This document shows positions 48,700 through 59,756 of a stretch of 64,000 nucleotides of DNA, one piece after another. Location: the NCBI GenBank assembly GCA_965263035.1, contig OZ253580.1, forward strand, positions 4,416,001 through 4,480,000, written 5' to 3'. The stretch comes from Acidobacteriota bacterium. Its GTDB lineage: Bacteria > Acidobacteriota > UBA6911 > RPQK01 > JAJDTT01. A program made the translations under genes and the position numbers. A model generated the notes under the pieces. That model saw only the letters and a list, made by a program, of their open reading frames with translations, did no database searches and was not told the DNA's origin. Position 1 is the stretch's first letter; each line of letters starts with the position of its first letter.

Positions 48700-50922
48700 T
48701 CAAAGCCGATCGAAGCGGTCCAGAGTCATGACTTTCGTCCATGCCTTGATGAAGTCATGCACGAACTTTTCCTGCGCGTCGTCAGCCGCATAGAGCTCAG
48801 CAACTGCGCGCAGCTCAGAGTTGGAACCGAAGATCAGATCAACCGGAGTCGCTGTCCATTTGAGCTCACCCGTGGCATGATCGCGACCTTCATAAAGGCC
48901 TTCGGTGGATGACTTGGTCCACTGCGTCGACATGTCGATCAGGTTGACAAAGAAGTCGTTGCTCAGGGTGCCGGGACGGTCTGTGAACACGCCGTGAGCA
49001 GAGCCCCCCGCATTGGCATTCATGACTCGCATGCCGCCGACAAGTACCGTCATTTCAGAGGCCGTCAGGTTCAGCAGAGCCGCCTTCTCCACCAGCTTCT
49101 CCGCCGGAGATCGGGTGTCAGCGCTGGTGAAGTAGTTGCGGAATCCATCCGCGGTGGGCTCAAGCACGGCAAAGGAGTCCACGTCGGTCTGTTCCTGCAT
49201 GGCGTCCATGCGACCAGGTACAAAGGGCACATCCACGTCGACCCCGGCTCTCGCGGCCGCCTGCTCAATGGCAGCAGCACCGCCGAGAACGACCAGGTCC
49301 GCCAGAGAGACCCGTTTGTCGCCGGACCGAGCGCTGTTGAAATCACTCTGGATTCCCTCCAGGGTCTTCAACACGCGGTCCAGTTCAGCCGGATCGTTTA
49401 CAGCCCAATCCTTCTGCGGCGCGAGACGAATACGTGCCCCGTTGGCGCCACCGCGCATATCGGTCCCGCGGAAAATGGATGCCGAGGCCCAGGCGGCCCT
49501 GGCCAATTCGGCGGAAGACAGCCCGGAAGCAAGAATCTTATCTCTCAGCGCGGCCGCATCCTGTGCATCGATCAGGGTGTGATCGACTTCAGGAATCGGG
49601 TCTTGCCATACGAATTCCTGGTCGGGCGCCAGATCGCCGAGATAACGCGACCTGGGACCCAGGTCGCGGTGCGTCAGCTTGAACCATGCCCGGGCGAAAG
49701 CGTCTTCGAACTCTTCCGGGTTCTTGAGCCAGCGCGAGGTGACCTCGCGATAGGCCGGGTCGACTTTCAGGGCGAGGTCGGTGGTGAGCATCATCGGCGC
49801 ATGCCGTTTGGACTGATCGTGGGCATCCGGCACCAAGTCCGACGCGGCACCCCCAGCGGGCTTCCACTGGATTGCACCGGCGGGGCTCCGTGTCTGCTCC
49901 CACTCATAGCCGTACAAGTTCTCAAGGAAGTTATGAGTCCAGGCTGCGGGGTTTATGGTCCACGCACCTTCCAGGCCGCTGGTGATCGTGTCGGCCCGAT
50001 TGCCGGTGCCGTAGCTGTTTTTCCAACCTAATCCTTGGGCTTCGATATCGCCGCCCTCGGGCTCGGCACCTACGTACCGGGACGGATCGGCGGCGCCATG
50101 GGCTTTACCGAAGGTATGGCCGCCGGCAATCAGCGCAATCGTCTCTTCATCGTTCATCGCCATGCGGCCGAAAGCCTCACGGATGGCGTGAGCGGCTGCC
50201 TGCGGATCCGGATTTCCGCCCGGGCCCTGAGGATTCACGTAAATCAGGCCCATCTGAGAGGCGCCGAAAGGATGATTCAATTCTCCCTTCTCAGTTCTCC
50301 GGTCGGCGGCAAGCCACTGGCCCTCGGGTCCCCAGTTCACTTCTTCGGCTTGCCAAGCATCGATACGACCGCCGGCGAAACCCAGGGTCTCGAAGCCCAT
50401 GGACTCCATGGCGACGGTACCCGCGAGAATCAGCAGGTCGGCCCAGAAGATCTTGCGACCGTACTTTTGCTTGATCGGCCAGAGCAATCGGGTCGCTTTT
50501 TCCAGGTTTGCGTTGTCGGGCCAGCTGTTGAGCGGCGCGAAGCGTTGCAGCCCGCCGTCAGCGCCACCCCGGCCGTCGATGGTTCGATAGGTGCCTGCAC
50601 TGTGCCACGCCATACGAATGAAAAACGGCCCGTAGTGGCCATAGTCCGCTGGCCACCAGTCCTGCGAGGTCGTCATCAACGTTTCAAGATCTGCTTTCAG
50701 CGCCTTCAGGTCCAGACTCTCGAACGCCTCCGCATAGTTGAAGTCTTCGCCCAGGGGATTGGATTCCCGAGACGCTTGGCGCAGTGGATCGAGGCTCAGC
50801 CGGTTAGGCCACCAATAGTCATTGTCCGGTGCATCGTCCTTGGCAACCGCTACGCTGATCGGCATGACCGGAGAGATCCCAATCGTCAGCATCGCAAAAA
50901 CAGCTATGGTTCGTCTAAGCAT
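48700..50922 (-). CDS. katG: catalase-peroxidase with N-terminal signal peptide
   Basis: [18 protein letters not shown] distal triad, [28 protein letters not shown]. Confidence 0.97.
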   Translation of the reverse strand: MLRRTIAVFAMLTIGISPVMPISVAVAKDDAPDNDYWWPNRLSLDPLRQASRESNPLGEDFNYAEAFESLDLKALKADLETLMTTSQDWWPADYGHYGPFFIRMAWHSAGTYRTIDGRGGADGGLQRFAPLNSWPDNANLEKATRLLWPIKQKYGRKIFWADLLILAGTVAMESMGFETLGFAGGRIDAWQAEEVNWGPEGQWLAADRRTEKGELNHPFGASQMGLIYVNPQGPGGNPDPQAAAHAIREAFGRMAMNDEETIALIAGGHTFGKAHGAADPSRYVGAEPEGGDIEAQGLGWKNSYGTGNRADTITSGLEGAWTINPAAWTHNFLENLYGYEWEQTRSPAGAIQWKPAGGAASDLVPDAHDQSKRHAPMMLTTDLALKVDPAYREVTSRWLKNPEEFEDAFARAWFKLTHRDLGPRSRYLGDLAPDQEFVWQDPIPEVDHTLIDAQDAAALRDKILASGLSSAELARAAWASASIFRGTDMRGGANGARIRLAPQKDWAVNDPAELDRVLKTLEGIQSDFNSARSGDKRVSLADLVVLGGAAAIEQAAARAGVDVDVPFVPGRMDAMQEQTDVDSFAVLEPTADGFRNYFTSADTRSPAEKLVEKAALLNLTASEMTVLVGGMRVMNANAGGSAHGVFTDRPGTLSNDFFVNLIDMSTQWTKSSTEGLYEGRDHATGELKWTATPVDLIFGSNSELRAVAELYAADDAQEKFVHDFIKAWTKVMTLDRFDRL

Positions 50923-51387
50923 CTAAGTCGTCTCCTGTAGGTGATTTGCCGTGATTTGACGTCCTTGCCAGGTTGAGGCCGGTTGACTCAAACTCATTGG
51001 CCTCAGTCTTTTCTTGGCGGGCCAAGAGATCCAGGGCCGCTCCCCCCAAGAGGAAAGGTGGACCGTACTCCCGTAACTCGTCACTCCGTTCCTCTGAATT
51101 TCTGTTCCCGACCCTGACGGAATTTTACCACGAAGCCACTTCGCGTACCGTCCGCTGAAGAACCTCTACAACGTCCGCCCGCAATGGCTCTGAGAGGCCC
51201 ACGAAGCCCTTGACGCCACGGTGCCTGCCGCGTACGGTTGGTCCGCAGACGGCTTCGATGGTTCCGTAGATCCCGGTTTGGAAATGAGGGATAAAACGAG
51301 GGACGCATGGCTGAACGTCTGCTACCAAGTGACTTTGTTTCAATAATATACGAGTATTGGATCGCTATCCCCGCCTGAGAACGACCC

Positions 51388-52173
51388 ATGATCTGGTTGC
51401 TCCTGGTACTGGTACAGAGTTCCCCTGATCCGGACCTGGCCTCTCGGGGCAAGGTGGTGTTCGCCCAGAGTTGCGCCACCGGATACTGCCATGGTTCCGT
51501 GGGGACGGCCGGCCGGGGGCCTCGGCTTCGAGGCACGGGACTTAGCCGTGATCGGATTCTGGAAGCCACCCGCGACGGGATCCCCCGTTCGGCCATGCCG
51601 GGCTGGGAAGGGAAGTTGAATGAGACGGACCTGTCGGCGGTGGTGGAATACGTGTGGAATCTGGCCATGGACACTCGTGAACCGCCGTCGGACGATGCCA
51701 TGCCTCCCGGAACGGGTCCGGCTGCTTATGTGGGATTCGAAGGGCCGGAGGAGGCGTCCCAAGGGCGGGACTTGTTCTTCGACGCGACGCGGGAGGCCCG
51801 TTGCGCGACCTGTCACGAGGCCGGCGGTCGAGGCATTCCCATCGGTCCCGACCTGCTGGCTCTGGGGGATGGGCTGCACGCTACCCTGATGGGCAAGACC
51901 CAGGGTCGGAGTTCCCGTCACGTTCTGCGAGCCCAGCTCGCGGACGGCCAGAGTTTTGCCGCTCTACGAGTCGCTCAGGAGGAAGATCGGGTCAAGCTCT
52001 ATGACCTCACGACGATTCCTCCCGTCTTGCGCACGCTCCTGTCGGACGAGCTCGAGTCCCTTGTCCAGGATGGGAGTTGGGAGCATCGGACCGTCGCCGC
52101 CGAGTACAGCGACGACGAACTCGGAGCCATCGTCCATTACCTGGACTGGCTGAATTCACGCAAATCCGAATAG
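51388..52173 (+). CDS. diheme c-type cytochrome
   Basis: CATGYCH...AMP.W and CATCH...GPDL motifs; hydrophobic N-terminus. Confidence 0.85.
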   Translation: MIWLLLVLVQSSPDPDLASRGKVVFAQSCATGYCHGSVGTAGRGPRLRGTGLSRDRILEATRDGIPRSAMPGWEGKLNETDLSAVVEYVWNLAMDTREPPSDDAMPPGTGPAAYVGFEGPEEASQGRDLFFDATREARCATCHEAGGRGIPIGPDLLALGDGLHATLMGKTQGRSSRHVLRAQLADGQSFAALRVAQEEDRVKLYDLTTIPPVLRTLLSDELESLVQDGSWEHRTVAAEYSDDELGAIVHYLDWLNSRKSE

Positions 52174-52272
52174 CGGTCAGCCGCTGTTCTCCCCAGGCGG
52201 TGGAGTGTGCGGCGAGGAAGATCCTACCCTCGGCCGGTTGATCCTCGGTGGGATAATTCCTGGGAATGCGCG

Positions 52273-52473
52273 TCACTTGACGCGGCGAAGAACGGTCCGG
52301 CCCTGAACCTGCGTCAGCTCGGTCCGATAGTGCCGAATCTGCTGCAGGAGCTCGTCCCGTCGGATCTGGAGACGGTCCAGGTCACTTTGGATATTCTCCA
52401 ACTCGGCTTCGAGAATGCAGAGTTGGAGTTGAAGAGGTAAAGCCGCTTCCGAGCCCGAGGTCTTGTGACTCAT
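52273..52473 (-). CDS. small coiled-coil hypothetical protein
   Basis: 66 aa heptad pattern; ATGA overlap with the upstream VWA gene. Confidence 0.5.
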   Translation of the reverse strand: MSHKTSGSEAALPLQLQLCILEAELENIQSDLDRLQIRRDELLQQIRHYRTELTQVQGRTVLRRVK

Positions 52474-53402
52474 GGATTCGATTCCGCTGCATAATACCCC
52501 TCACGGTGTCTGACTTTCAACCCGGACCGTTCCAGCCTAATCCGGATCTTTCGGAATGATCCGTCGGCCTTGGAGTTGGAGGAAACATAGCCGAGGCTGT
52601 ACTGATTTCCCAAGTCCCGGCGGATGCCGTTGAAGGCTTGGCGGAGGCGCTTCAGGTTGGCCTTGGAGTTGACGAAACGGCCCCCGGTGGCCTCGGCAAA
52701 GCGCTTCAACTTCTCGAAATCCGCGTCGAAACCGGAACTCTTCACCCCGATTCCGTAGATCACCACATCGTGGGATTGGGCCGTCCGAATCGCTCGTACC
52801 CACGGCACGGAGCTCCGAGTATCGGCGCCGTCCGAGAGCACCAGCAGGACTCGTCGCCCGGCCTGGTGCCGCAACAGATCCCTTGCCGTCACCCAAATGG
52901 CATCGTAGAGTCGGGTGGCGCCTCCGGCCCGAACCTCCATAATGGCGTCCGCGAGCTTCGATGGATCGGTGCTGAAATCGTGGAGGAGCCGGACATCACT
53001 GTCGAACTGGACCACGGCTCCCGCCTCCCCATCCCCTGTCAGGATCTCGCCGAAGAACTCGATGGCGGCGTTCTGCTCGAACGCCAACTTGTCCTTGACG
53101 CTGGCACTGGAATCCATGACCAGCGCGACGGATAAGGACCGCGCCGTCCCGGCCTTCTCCCGATGGAAGAAAAGAAGCTCTTGGCGGACTCCGTCTTCGT
53201 AGACCTGGAAGTCGTGTCGGGTCAGGTCCTCCACGTATCGGCCCCGCCGGTCCCGGACGATGCAGGAGACGTCCACGACGTCGACCTTGGCTCGAATGGA
53301 TGGGCGCTGCTGTCCGCCGGCCGTCCAGGAGGAGGTGAGGATCAGGGCCGATCCAAAGAGGATGGAACTCCAAACGGAGAAAGGCCGTATCCGGTCCTTC
53401 AA
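52470..53402 (-). CDS. VWA domain-containing protein (acidobacterial type)
   Basis: DF.VYEDG..Q, MIDAS DSSAS, T.LYDA, LSDGAD, TGG, QYSLGY, R.GYY. Confidence 0.9.
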   Translation of the reverse strand: MKDRIRPFSVWSSILFGSALILTSSWTAGGQQRPSIRAKVDVVDVSCIVRDRRGRYVEDLTRHDFQVYEDGVRQELLFFHREKAGTARSLSVALVMDSSASVKDKLAFEQNAAIEFFGEILTGDGEAGAVVQFDSDVRLLHDFSTDPSKLADAIMEVRAGGATRLYDAIWVTARDLLRHQAGRRVLLVLSDGADTRSSVPWVRAIRTAQSHDVVIYGIGVKSSGFDADFEKLKRFAEATGGRFVNSKANLKRLRQAFNGIRRDLGNQYSLGYVSSNSKADGSFRKIRIRLERSGLKVRHREGYYAAESNP

Positions 53403-54175
53403 CGGGCCGTCTTCTCCGCCATTATTCTGCTTGTCGCCATGTAGGTGTAGATGCCCGTGGTTGCCAGAGAGATCACTTCCAGGTAGTCGATGGACAGACC
53501 GGTCATGGTCACTGCCGTTTCAATCGCCACGGCGGGAGTCAGACTGTAGATGGCGATAGTCAGATAGGCGGGAAAAGGGAACCTCACCTGGTAACGGCTT
53601 GTCACCGAGAGCGCAAGCAGCGTAAAGAGCAAGGCCAGAACCAGTTTGACCGCAAAGGTGAATACCAGAATCAACGAATACGCGGTCGGGAAATAGGCCC
53701 ATTTCATGAACTCGAGCCAGTTCCGGATCAGGTCCGGAGTGACTTCAAACGGGCCGAAATCTCTCCAGGGAAAGGTTTCCAACGTCTGGTTCTGGCGTAG
53801 CACAAGGGCGTCTTGGGTGAAGAGAAGCAAGGGTTCCGGGAAACGAGCCAGGTCCTGCCGGCTTTCTGTGGTGTCGAAGATCAGTGTGACGGGCCGGCGG
53901 CCCGAGTAGGTCTGGATCAGCGGTTGGTCGGCCTCGATTCGGAGCCGGCCCTCGCTCACCTGCATGGGAGGGACGTTCTCCTGGAGCCAAATGCCGAATT
54001 CCCGAAACTCCGGCCCGAAGTGAAATGCGTAGGCCAAAGTCACGATCAAGGAGGCGTGGGCGCAAAGATACAGCAGATAGAGCAGAGTCTGCCGGAGGGG
54101 CTGCGCCAGAATCGTCTTGTAAAAAGGGAATTCAGTGATGGCCCAGTAGAGCTGGTGGTAGAAGGTGGTCCGCAT
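53399..54175 (-). CDS. DUF1189-like membrane protein
   Basis: N-terminal TM, P...V.EG.L extracytoplasmic loop, three C-terminal TMs with YSLTP. Confidence 0.65.
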   Translation of the reverse strand: MRTTFYHQLYWAITEFPFYKTILAQPLRQTLLYLLYLCAHASLIVTLAYAFHFGPEFREFGIWLQENVPPMQVSEGRLRIEADQPLIQTYSGRRPVTLIFDTTESRQDLARFPEPLLLFTQDALVLRQNQTLETFPWRDFGPFEVTPDLIRNWLEFMKWAYFPTAYSLILVFTFAVKLVLALLFTLLALSVTSRYQVRFPFPAYLTIAIYSLTPAVAIETAVTMTGLSIDYLEVISLATTGIYTYMATSRIMAEKTAR

Positions 54176-54243
54176 AGCGGGCTCTCGAGAGGTTCTCCCA
54201 GAGTCGCTGATTCAAGTACCCGCGGCAACAACCGAAACGGCAA

Positions 54244-54644
54244 TCACCAAGAATTGCTTGTAAACGCACACTGGGGAGAGGTGCGTCTCCATCTGGCCTC
54301 CACGATTCTCTCGATCACCCCTTCCGGCTTGCCCGTGATCAGGACCCGATTCCGGCAGCTCGTTTTTTCAAGATGGATCAAGAGGGTTCTAGCGGACACC
54401 CACTTGGTTTCGACGAACTGAGAGGGATTCGGAGGCGGCCTCCGGCATGGATTTACTGGCTCACCATCCCCTCGCTGGTGGCTCGACCCGACCGTTTACC
54501 GGCTGCGGCCAGACCCGGTTCGCGCAGGATGATGACTCCCTGATCCAAGACGACTCCGGCCTTGATCAATGCCCTCTTGCAATCCGTCATTCTGGCGCGG
54601 GTCCTGCCCCGGAGTGTCGTGACGTGTGCAGCGGTTACACTCAT
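54244..54644 (-). pseudogene. tsf: degenerate elongation factor Ts copy
   Basis: MSVTAAHVTTLRGRTRARMTDCKRAL...GLAAAGKRSGRATSEGMVSQ*IHAGGR, with the stop at the expected Tyr. Later TGKPEGVIERIVE and, frameshifted, QMETHLSPVCVYKQF. Confidence 0.85.
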
Positions 54645-55825
54645 TTCGGGTCGCCCTTCCCGCTGAAAAAGCTCGATGCATCAATTCCTAGCTTCTGGAT
54701 CTCGCCTATGAGCCAGTCAATCCCGGGCCAACCATCTGCTCTGCCCAGCCCTCTTCTCCACGTCTGAGGAAGCGCCACATGGCGTTGGGCCGTGTCACGA
54801 GAGATTCCCTGCCGTGGATCCGAAATCCATATCGCGGACTTGATCGACAACCCGTACGGCCATTGATCTGCTCCTGCAACGGAAGCCGGTAGTTCGTGTG
54901 GCCCCTCTTCGGCGGCTGTCTGTAGACCCATGTAGATCCTTTTCCCGGGCCCGGGCCAGTAGATCAGCATGAGGTCACCCTTTTTGATCTGATTCTCGAA
55001 TTCCCGTCCTGTCGTTCGGGAAAAGTGCTGGTACTCAACGTCTTCGCGAATCCACTCCCGCTTCGGGTTTTGAGAATCTCCCTTCATTGCCTGCCATATG
55101 GCCTGCTTGGAAACTTTGGGTGGAACGTAGTAGAGGATTCGGTTACAGGACTCGCAGGTCAGGATCTTCAGCCCGCTCTTGACCTCGGTATAGAACTGGG
55201 GACGAAGCTTCACGTTGCAGGCTTGGCAGGACTCCCTGCGGACCGCTGCAAGGGCCTGCCCGTTACTGGCCGAAGCGATTCTGCGGTACTGTTCGAGCAA
55301 TGACTCGGGCAGGTCCCGTTCCAACTGGTTTCTCTCCTGCTCAAAACCGGCCATGTTCGTCTCGGAACGAGCAACAAAGGTCTCCAGTTCCTTTTGTCGG
55401 GACGACACCTCCGATGCCCGTTCCTCTGCCAGCCGGCGGCCTTCCCGGATCTGGTCTTCCAGCTCATCCAGGTCCATCATGATTTCCAGGATCTCGTCTT
55501 CCTTGCTGGATATCTGAGCCCGGACGCCGGCGATTTCGTGGCGCATGGCCCGGTACTCCCGGTTGGTTTTGACGTCCATGAGCTGCTCCTCGTATCGGGA
55601 CAGCTTCTGTTGCACCAACTCGACTTCACCCTCGAGCTGGCGTTGGATCCGGGCTCTTCGGTCGGCTTGCTCCCGGAGCTTTTCTACGGCGTCTTGACTC
55701 TCCTGAAGCGACTCGGCCTGAGTCTCGATCTCGTCAGGAATCGACAAGACCCGCTGCCGCAACTCGACGATTCTGGCGTCGAGTTGCTGAAGCTGGATCA
55801 ACCTCTGCAACTCTTCGCTCAACAC
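54641..55825 (-). CDS. C4-type zinc-ribbon (zf-RING_7, HP0958/CT398-like) coiled-coil protein with extra ~160-aa C-terminal domain
   Basis: LQQLD, VKTNREY, Y.RI, CQACNV...CESCNRILY, then continues in frame with IKKGDLMLIYWPG...WPY. Confidence 0.85.
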   Translation of the reverse strand: MLSEELQRLIQLQQLDARIVELRQRVLSIPDEIETQAESLQESQDAVEKLREQADRRARIQRQLEGEVELVQQKLSRYEEQLMDVKTNREYRAMRHEIAGVRAQISSKEDEILEIMMDLDELEDQIREGRRLAEERASEVSSRQKELETFVARSETNMAGFEQERNQLERDLPESLLEQYRRIASASNGQALAAVRRESCQACNVKLRPQFYTEVKSGLKILTCESCNRILYYVPPKVSKQAIWQAMKGDSQNPKREWIREDVEYQHFSRTTGREFENQIKKGDLMLIYWPGPGKRIYMGLQTAAEEGPHELPASVAGADQWPYGLSIKSAIWISDPRQGISRDTAQRHVALPQTWRRGLGRADGWPGIDWLIGEIQKLGIDASSFFSGKGDPK

Positions 55826-55871
55826 ATGCCTCCATGGGACGGTGCGGACCGGCAGCCGGCATCGGTGGGTA

Positions 55872-55945
55872 TGGGCCCAGTAGGACTCGAACCTACGACC
55901 ACCTGATTATGAGTCAGACGCTCTAACCGACTGAGCTATGGGCCC
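55872..55945 (-). tRNA. tRNA with CAT anticodon, most likely tRNA-Ile2 (lysidine)
   Basis: GGGCCCATAGCTCAGTCGGTTAGAGCGTCTGACTCATAATCAGGTGGTCGTAGGTTCGAGTCCTACTGGGCCCA; G1-C72 pair (not initiator); downstream of rpoD; CCA not encoded. Confidence 0.93.
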
Positions 55946-55949
55946 ACCG

Positions 55950-55976
55950 AAAAAAAAAGGGCGCTTCCAAGCGCCC
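55950..55976 (-). terminator. intrinsic terminator-like hairpin after rpoD
   Basis: GGGCGCT-TGGA-AGCGCCC followed by T9 on the minus strand. Confidence 0.7.
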
Positions 55977-56117
55977 GTGTGAAACAGTTGCCGCGCCATT
56001 CGGACAGCGCCGCGTCCCGGCCGGGGATCCTGTCCCCAGGTCGAGACTCGGTGGCGGCAACGGCCGTCACCGCCTGGTCGCGCCAAGTCCGCCCCGCAGT
56101 CTTCCGTCGCCGTGCTG

Positions 56118-57839
56118 CTATGAAAGTGTCCGACCCGAATTCCCATTGTCTTCATGGAATGTTTTCAACTTCCGGCTGCGGGACGGGTGCCGCAGCTTTC
56201 GCAAGGCCTTGGCTTCGATCTGACGGATCCGCTCACGGGTGACAGAGAACCGCTGACCCACTTCTTCCAGGGTGTGCTCACTTCCGTCCCCGATGCCGAA
56301 TCTCATGCGGATCACCTGTTCCTCTCTGTCGGTGAGAGTCTTGAGAACGGCCGCCGTCTGTTCCTTTAGATTGAGATTGATCACCGCCTCGGCCGGTGAG
56401 GTAACGCCTCGGTCCTCGATAAAGTCACCGAGATGACTGTCCTCCTCCTCGCCGATAGGTGTCTCCAGAGAAATGGGTTCTTGAGCGATCTTGAGGATCT
56501 TCCGAACCTTGCTGACTGAAAGGCCCATTTTCACCGAGATCTCTTCGTTGGTCGGTTCCCGACCATATTCCTGCACCAGCGCCCGGGAGGTTCGAATCAG
56601 TTTGTTGATGGTCTCGATCATGTGGACCGGGATCCGGATGGTCCGGGCCTGATCCGCTATGGCCCGGGTGATGGCCTGCCGAATCCACCAAGTGGCGTAG
56701 GTCGAGAACTTGTATCCCCTTCGATACTCGAACTTCTCAACCGCCTTCATGAGTCCGATGTTCCCTTCCTGGATCAGATCCAGGAACTGCAGGCCCCGGT
56801 TCGTGTATTTCTTGGCTATGGAAACTACCAGTCTCAGGTTCGCTTCCACCAACTCCTTCTTGGCAATATCGGCTTCGAGCTCACCCTGCTTTATGGTAGC
56901 CAGAGTACGCTTGAGTTCCGCGGGGCTGGCCAGAACCTCGTCTTCGATCTCCTTCAGCTGTTTGTCGATCTCCCGTAAGCGTAGCTTGATCTTCTTGGAG
57001 TCCTCCAACTTCAGCGGGGCTTCCTGCAACTTCTTGAGTTTCTTGGTTTCCTGGTCCAGGGCGACGATCCGGTCGACGGCTCGCTTGATGACATTGACCA
57101 ACCGCTCGTAAGTCAGAGGGGTGAGATCCAGGGCCCGGATGTGGCGCGCGATGGGAATTCGATAACGGGCCAACTGCGACAGGAACTTCTTGTATTCGGG
57201 CGAATCCTTGGATTTCCTGATCCGTCGCAACTTGCCCCGAATCCTGCTGGCTCCATCTTCCAGCACTCCCACCTCTCGCACCACGCGGATAGTGGTTTCC
57301 CGCCGGGTCTCGCAAACCTCGACGGTGACCTCGGCTTCACGGAAGACGACCAGTGCCTTGATGTTGAGGTTGCCCTGGTCCAGCGCTTCCCCGTAGCGCA
57401 TGATCTCGTTGACGACCACGGGAGATCGGGACAGCACCTTGAGCACCACCTTTCGACCCTTCTCGATCCGCTTGGCGATTGCCACCTCCCCCTCTCGGGT
57501 CAGGAGGGGTACCGTGCCCATCTCCCGCAAATACATGCGGACCGGATCATTGGTCTTCTCGAGCGTGGGGTCCGGGGGCTCCGTCCCCGCCCCCTTGGCC
57601 TTGGTCCGAATCCTACGTTGGGTAGACTCGAAATCCTCCTCCGAGTCGATGACCTCGATCCCGGCATCCCCGAACAGGTAGAAGATGCTGTCCAGGTCTT
57701 CCGAGGATTGGATATCGTCGGGGAGGTAGTCGTTGACTTCGTCGTAAAGGAGATAGCCCTTTTCCTTACCCAGGGCGATCAGTTCCTTTACGCCGTCGTA
57801 CTTCTGCTCAATGGGAATCTTCTCTTCGTTTTCCGTCAT
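56118..57839 (-). CDS. rpoD: RNA polymerase primary sigma factor
   Basis: [66 protein letters not shown]. Confidence 0.98.
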   Translation of the reverse strand: MTENEEKIPIEQKYDGVKELIALGKEKGYLLYDEVNDYLPDDIQSSEDLDSIFYLFGDAGIEVIDSEEDFESTQRRIRTKAKGAGTEPPDPTLEKTNDPVRMYLREMGTVPLLTREGEVAIAKRIEKGRKVVLKVLSRSPVVVNEIMRYGEALDQGNLNIKALVVFREAEVTVEVCETRRETTIRVVREVGVLEDGASRIRGKLRRIRKSKDSPEYKKFLSQLARYRIPIARHIRALDLTPLTYERLVNVIKRAVDRIVALDQETKKLKKLQEAPLKLEDSKKIKLRLREIDKQLKEIEDEVLASPAELKRTLATIKQGELEADIAKKELVEANLRLVVSIAKKYTNRGLQFLDLIQEGNIGLMKAVEKFEYRRGYKFSTYATWWIRQAITRAIADQARTIRIPVHMIETINKLIRTSRALVQEYGREPTNEEISVKMGLSVSKVRKILKIAQEPISLETPIGEEEDSHLGDFIEDRGVTSPAEAVINLNLKEQTAAVLKTLTDREEQVIRMRFGIGDGSEHTLEEVGQRFSVTRERIRQIEAKALRKLRHPSRSRKLKTFHEDNGNSGRTLS

Positions 57840-57856
57840 GCCGCCAGCCGCCCCCA

Positions 57857-59602
57857 TTATACAAGATCGAACTCTATTTTCTTGCGGATCCGCTCCTTCC
57901 TTGCCAGAAGCTCCCGCAAGATTCCGGTTGACGTAGCGTTCTTCTCCTCTTCCATAATCTGTTCCTGTACCCGCCGGCTCAGGTTCTCGAAATGCTTTCG
58001 TCTCAATGCTCGAATGCACTCGACCACGACCTCGTCCGAAAGCGAGTCGTCGGTCAGGGCCAAATATTCCAGGAGATCCCTGTTCTCCGGGTCGAGCCGC
58101 TCCGAGGCCGCTGCCACCGTCGGGCCCTGCTGCTGGCGGTTCAAGTCGAACAAGACCTCGAAGATCTTGCCCGATCCCAGGTTCCCGAACCAGTCGGGTT
58201 CCACCTCGCTGAAGACTCGATTTCGGTGGGCCGGATCCAGGGCGGCCAGCACCAGCGTCTTCTCCGCCAGAGTGACGGTCGCCGGCCGCGGAGACGGCGT
58301 CGCCAGGAGGTGTCCGGACTGGGGTTTCCGGACGTAGCGCATCTCCGCCAGGATCAGGTTCTCATCCAGTCTCAGCCGCGTGGCGGTCCGGGACACGGCT
58401 TCGGCACGCTCGATTCGATTGGCGATCGCAGCGAGGTGGGGCACAACCTGTTCGACGATTTCCTGTTTGCCCCCGGGACTGTACGGATCCTTCTGCTGTT
58501 GAATCAGCCAGGAGAGCAGGAAGGACAGGAACGGGACCGAAGATCGCAGCACGTCGCCGTAGGCCTGGGCGCCGTGGTCTCTCAAAAAGGAGTCCGGATC
58601 CTGGCCTCCGGGAATCTGGGCAATGCTCATGTGGAAGCCTTCGCGCACGAAGATGTCGGCCGAGCGCAAAGTCGCGTTGGCTCCGGCCTGGTCCGGATCG
58701 TAGTTGATAACGACTCGACGCGTGTAGTGTCGCAGCAGCTTGGCCTGATCCGTGGTCAGACTGGTGCCCAGGGCGGCGATCACGTTCCCGAAGCCGAACT
58801 GATGGGGTATGACACAGTCGAAATAGCCCTCGACCAGAATGGCGAATCCCCGCCGTCTGATCTCCGGGCGGCTCAGTTCCAGAGCGTACAGGTTGGCACC
58901 CTTCTTGTAGAGATCGGTGTCCGGAGAGTTGAGGTATTTGGGAATTCCGTCTCCCATGATCCGTCCGCCGAAGGCCACAATCCGTCCTTGAAGATCCCGG
59001 ATCGGGAAAACCACGCGCCGCCGCAGATGCTCGTAGCTGTGGCCTCCGCGTCCCTCCTTGACCAGGCCGCAGGCCCTCAGTTCCTGATCCGTGAATCCTT
59101 CACGCTGAAGGTTGGCAATCAGTTGGCCTCCGCCCGGGGCGTACCCGATCTGGAATCGATCGGTGGTCTCACGGTTGATCTGCCGGTTCTGAAGATAGTT
59201 CCTGGCCGCTTCCGACCGCTCCAGGAACTGGCTGTAGAGTCTCCCGGCCAGCTCCATGGCTTGACGGAGGCGCTGCGTCCGGTCGGTCCGGGGACTCTGG
59301 CTCCCGGCGTCATGGCGCACCGTGATACCCGAGCGCTCCCCCAGAAACTTCACCGCTTCGGGAAACGTCCGGTTTTCCATCAGCATGACGAACTTGAAGA
59401 TGTCCCCTCCGGCGCCGCACCCAAAACACTTGAAGATCTGCTTGCTGTCGCTGACCAGAAACGAAGGGGTCTTTTCGGCATGGAAGGGACAGAGGGCGGA
59501 GTGGTTCTGCCCCTGCTTTTTCAGGGGGAAGTAGCCGCCGATCAGATCCACGATATTGATGCTGTTGCGGATCTGTTCCACGATCCGGTCGTCGAACTTC
59601 AT
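57857..59602 (-). CDS. dnaG: DNA primase
   Basis: CPFH.EKTPSF...CFGC zinc finger, FGGR, KYLNSP, EGYFD, YDPDQAG. Confidence 0.97.
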   Translation of the reverse strand: MKFDDRIVEQIRNSINIVDLIGGYFPLKKQGQNHSALCPFHAEKTPSFLVSDSKQIFKCFGCGAGGDIFKFVMLMENRTFPEAVKFLGERSGITVRHDAGSQSPRTDRTQRLRQAMELAGRLYSQFLERSEAARNYLQNRQINRETTDRFQIGYAPGGGQLIANLQREGFTDQELRACGLVKEGRGGHSYEHLRRRVVFPIRDLQGRIVAFGGRIMGDGIPKYLNSPDTDLYKKGANLYALELSRPEIRRRGFAILVEGYFDCVIPHQFGFGNVIAALGTSLTTDQAKLLRHYTRRVVINYDPDQAGANATLRSADIFVREGFHMSIAQIPGGQDPDSFLRDHGAQAYGDVLRSSVPFLSFLLSWLIQQQKDPYSPGGKQEIVEQVVPHLAAIANRIERAEAVSRTATRLRLDENLILAEMRYVRKPQSGHLLATPSPRPATVTLAEKTLVLAALDPAHRNRVFSEVEPDWFGNLGSGKIFEVLFDLNRQQQGPTVAAASERLDPENRDLLEYLALTDDSLSDEVVVECIRALRRKHFENLSRRVQEQIMEEEKNATSTGILRELLARKERIRKKIEFDLV

Positions 59603-59756
59603 CCCTTATTCGTACTCGGGGACTCGCCCGCCCCAGCTTGGTCCCGGATGACTTCCAGACCGAGGGGGTAAGTGCCTGAAAAAGGGTCCTTGCTTCGTTG
59701 TGCCCCCAACGACCCGGTGAGAAATTCCGGTTAGAATTTACCAGAATCAGGCCGGG

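Noticed and set aside
50940-51345. 72-aa ORF 51125-51343 and neighbouring frames upstream of katG
   Set aside because: No recognisable motif or RBS; probably degraded foreign DNA.
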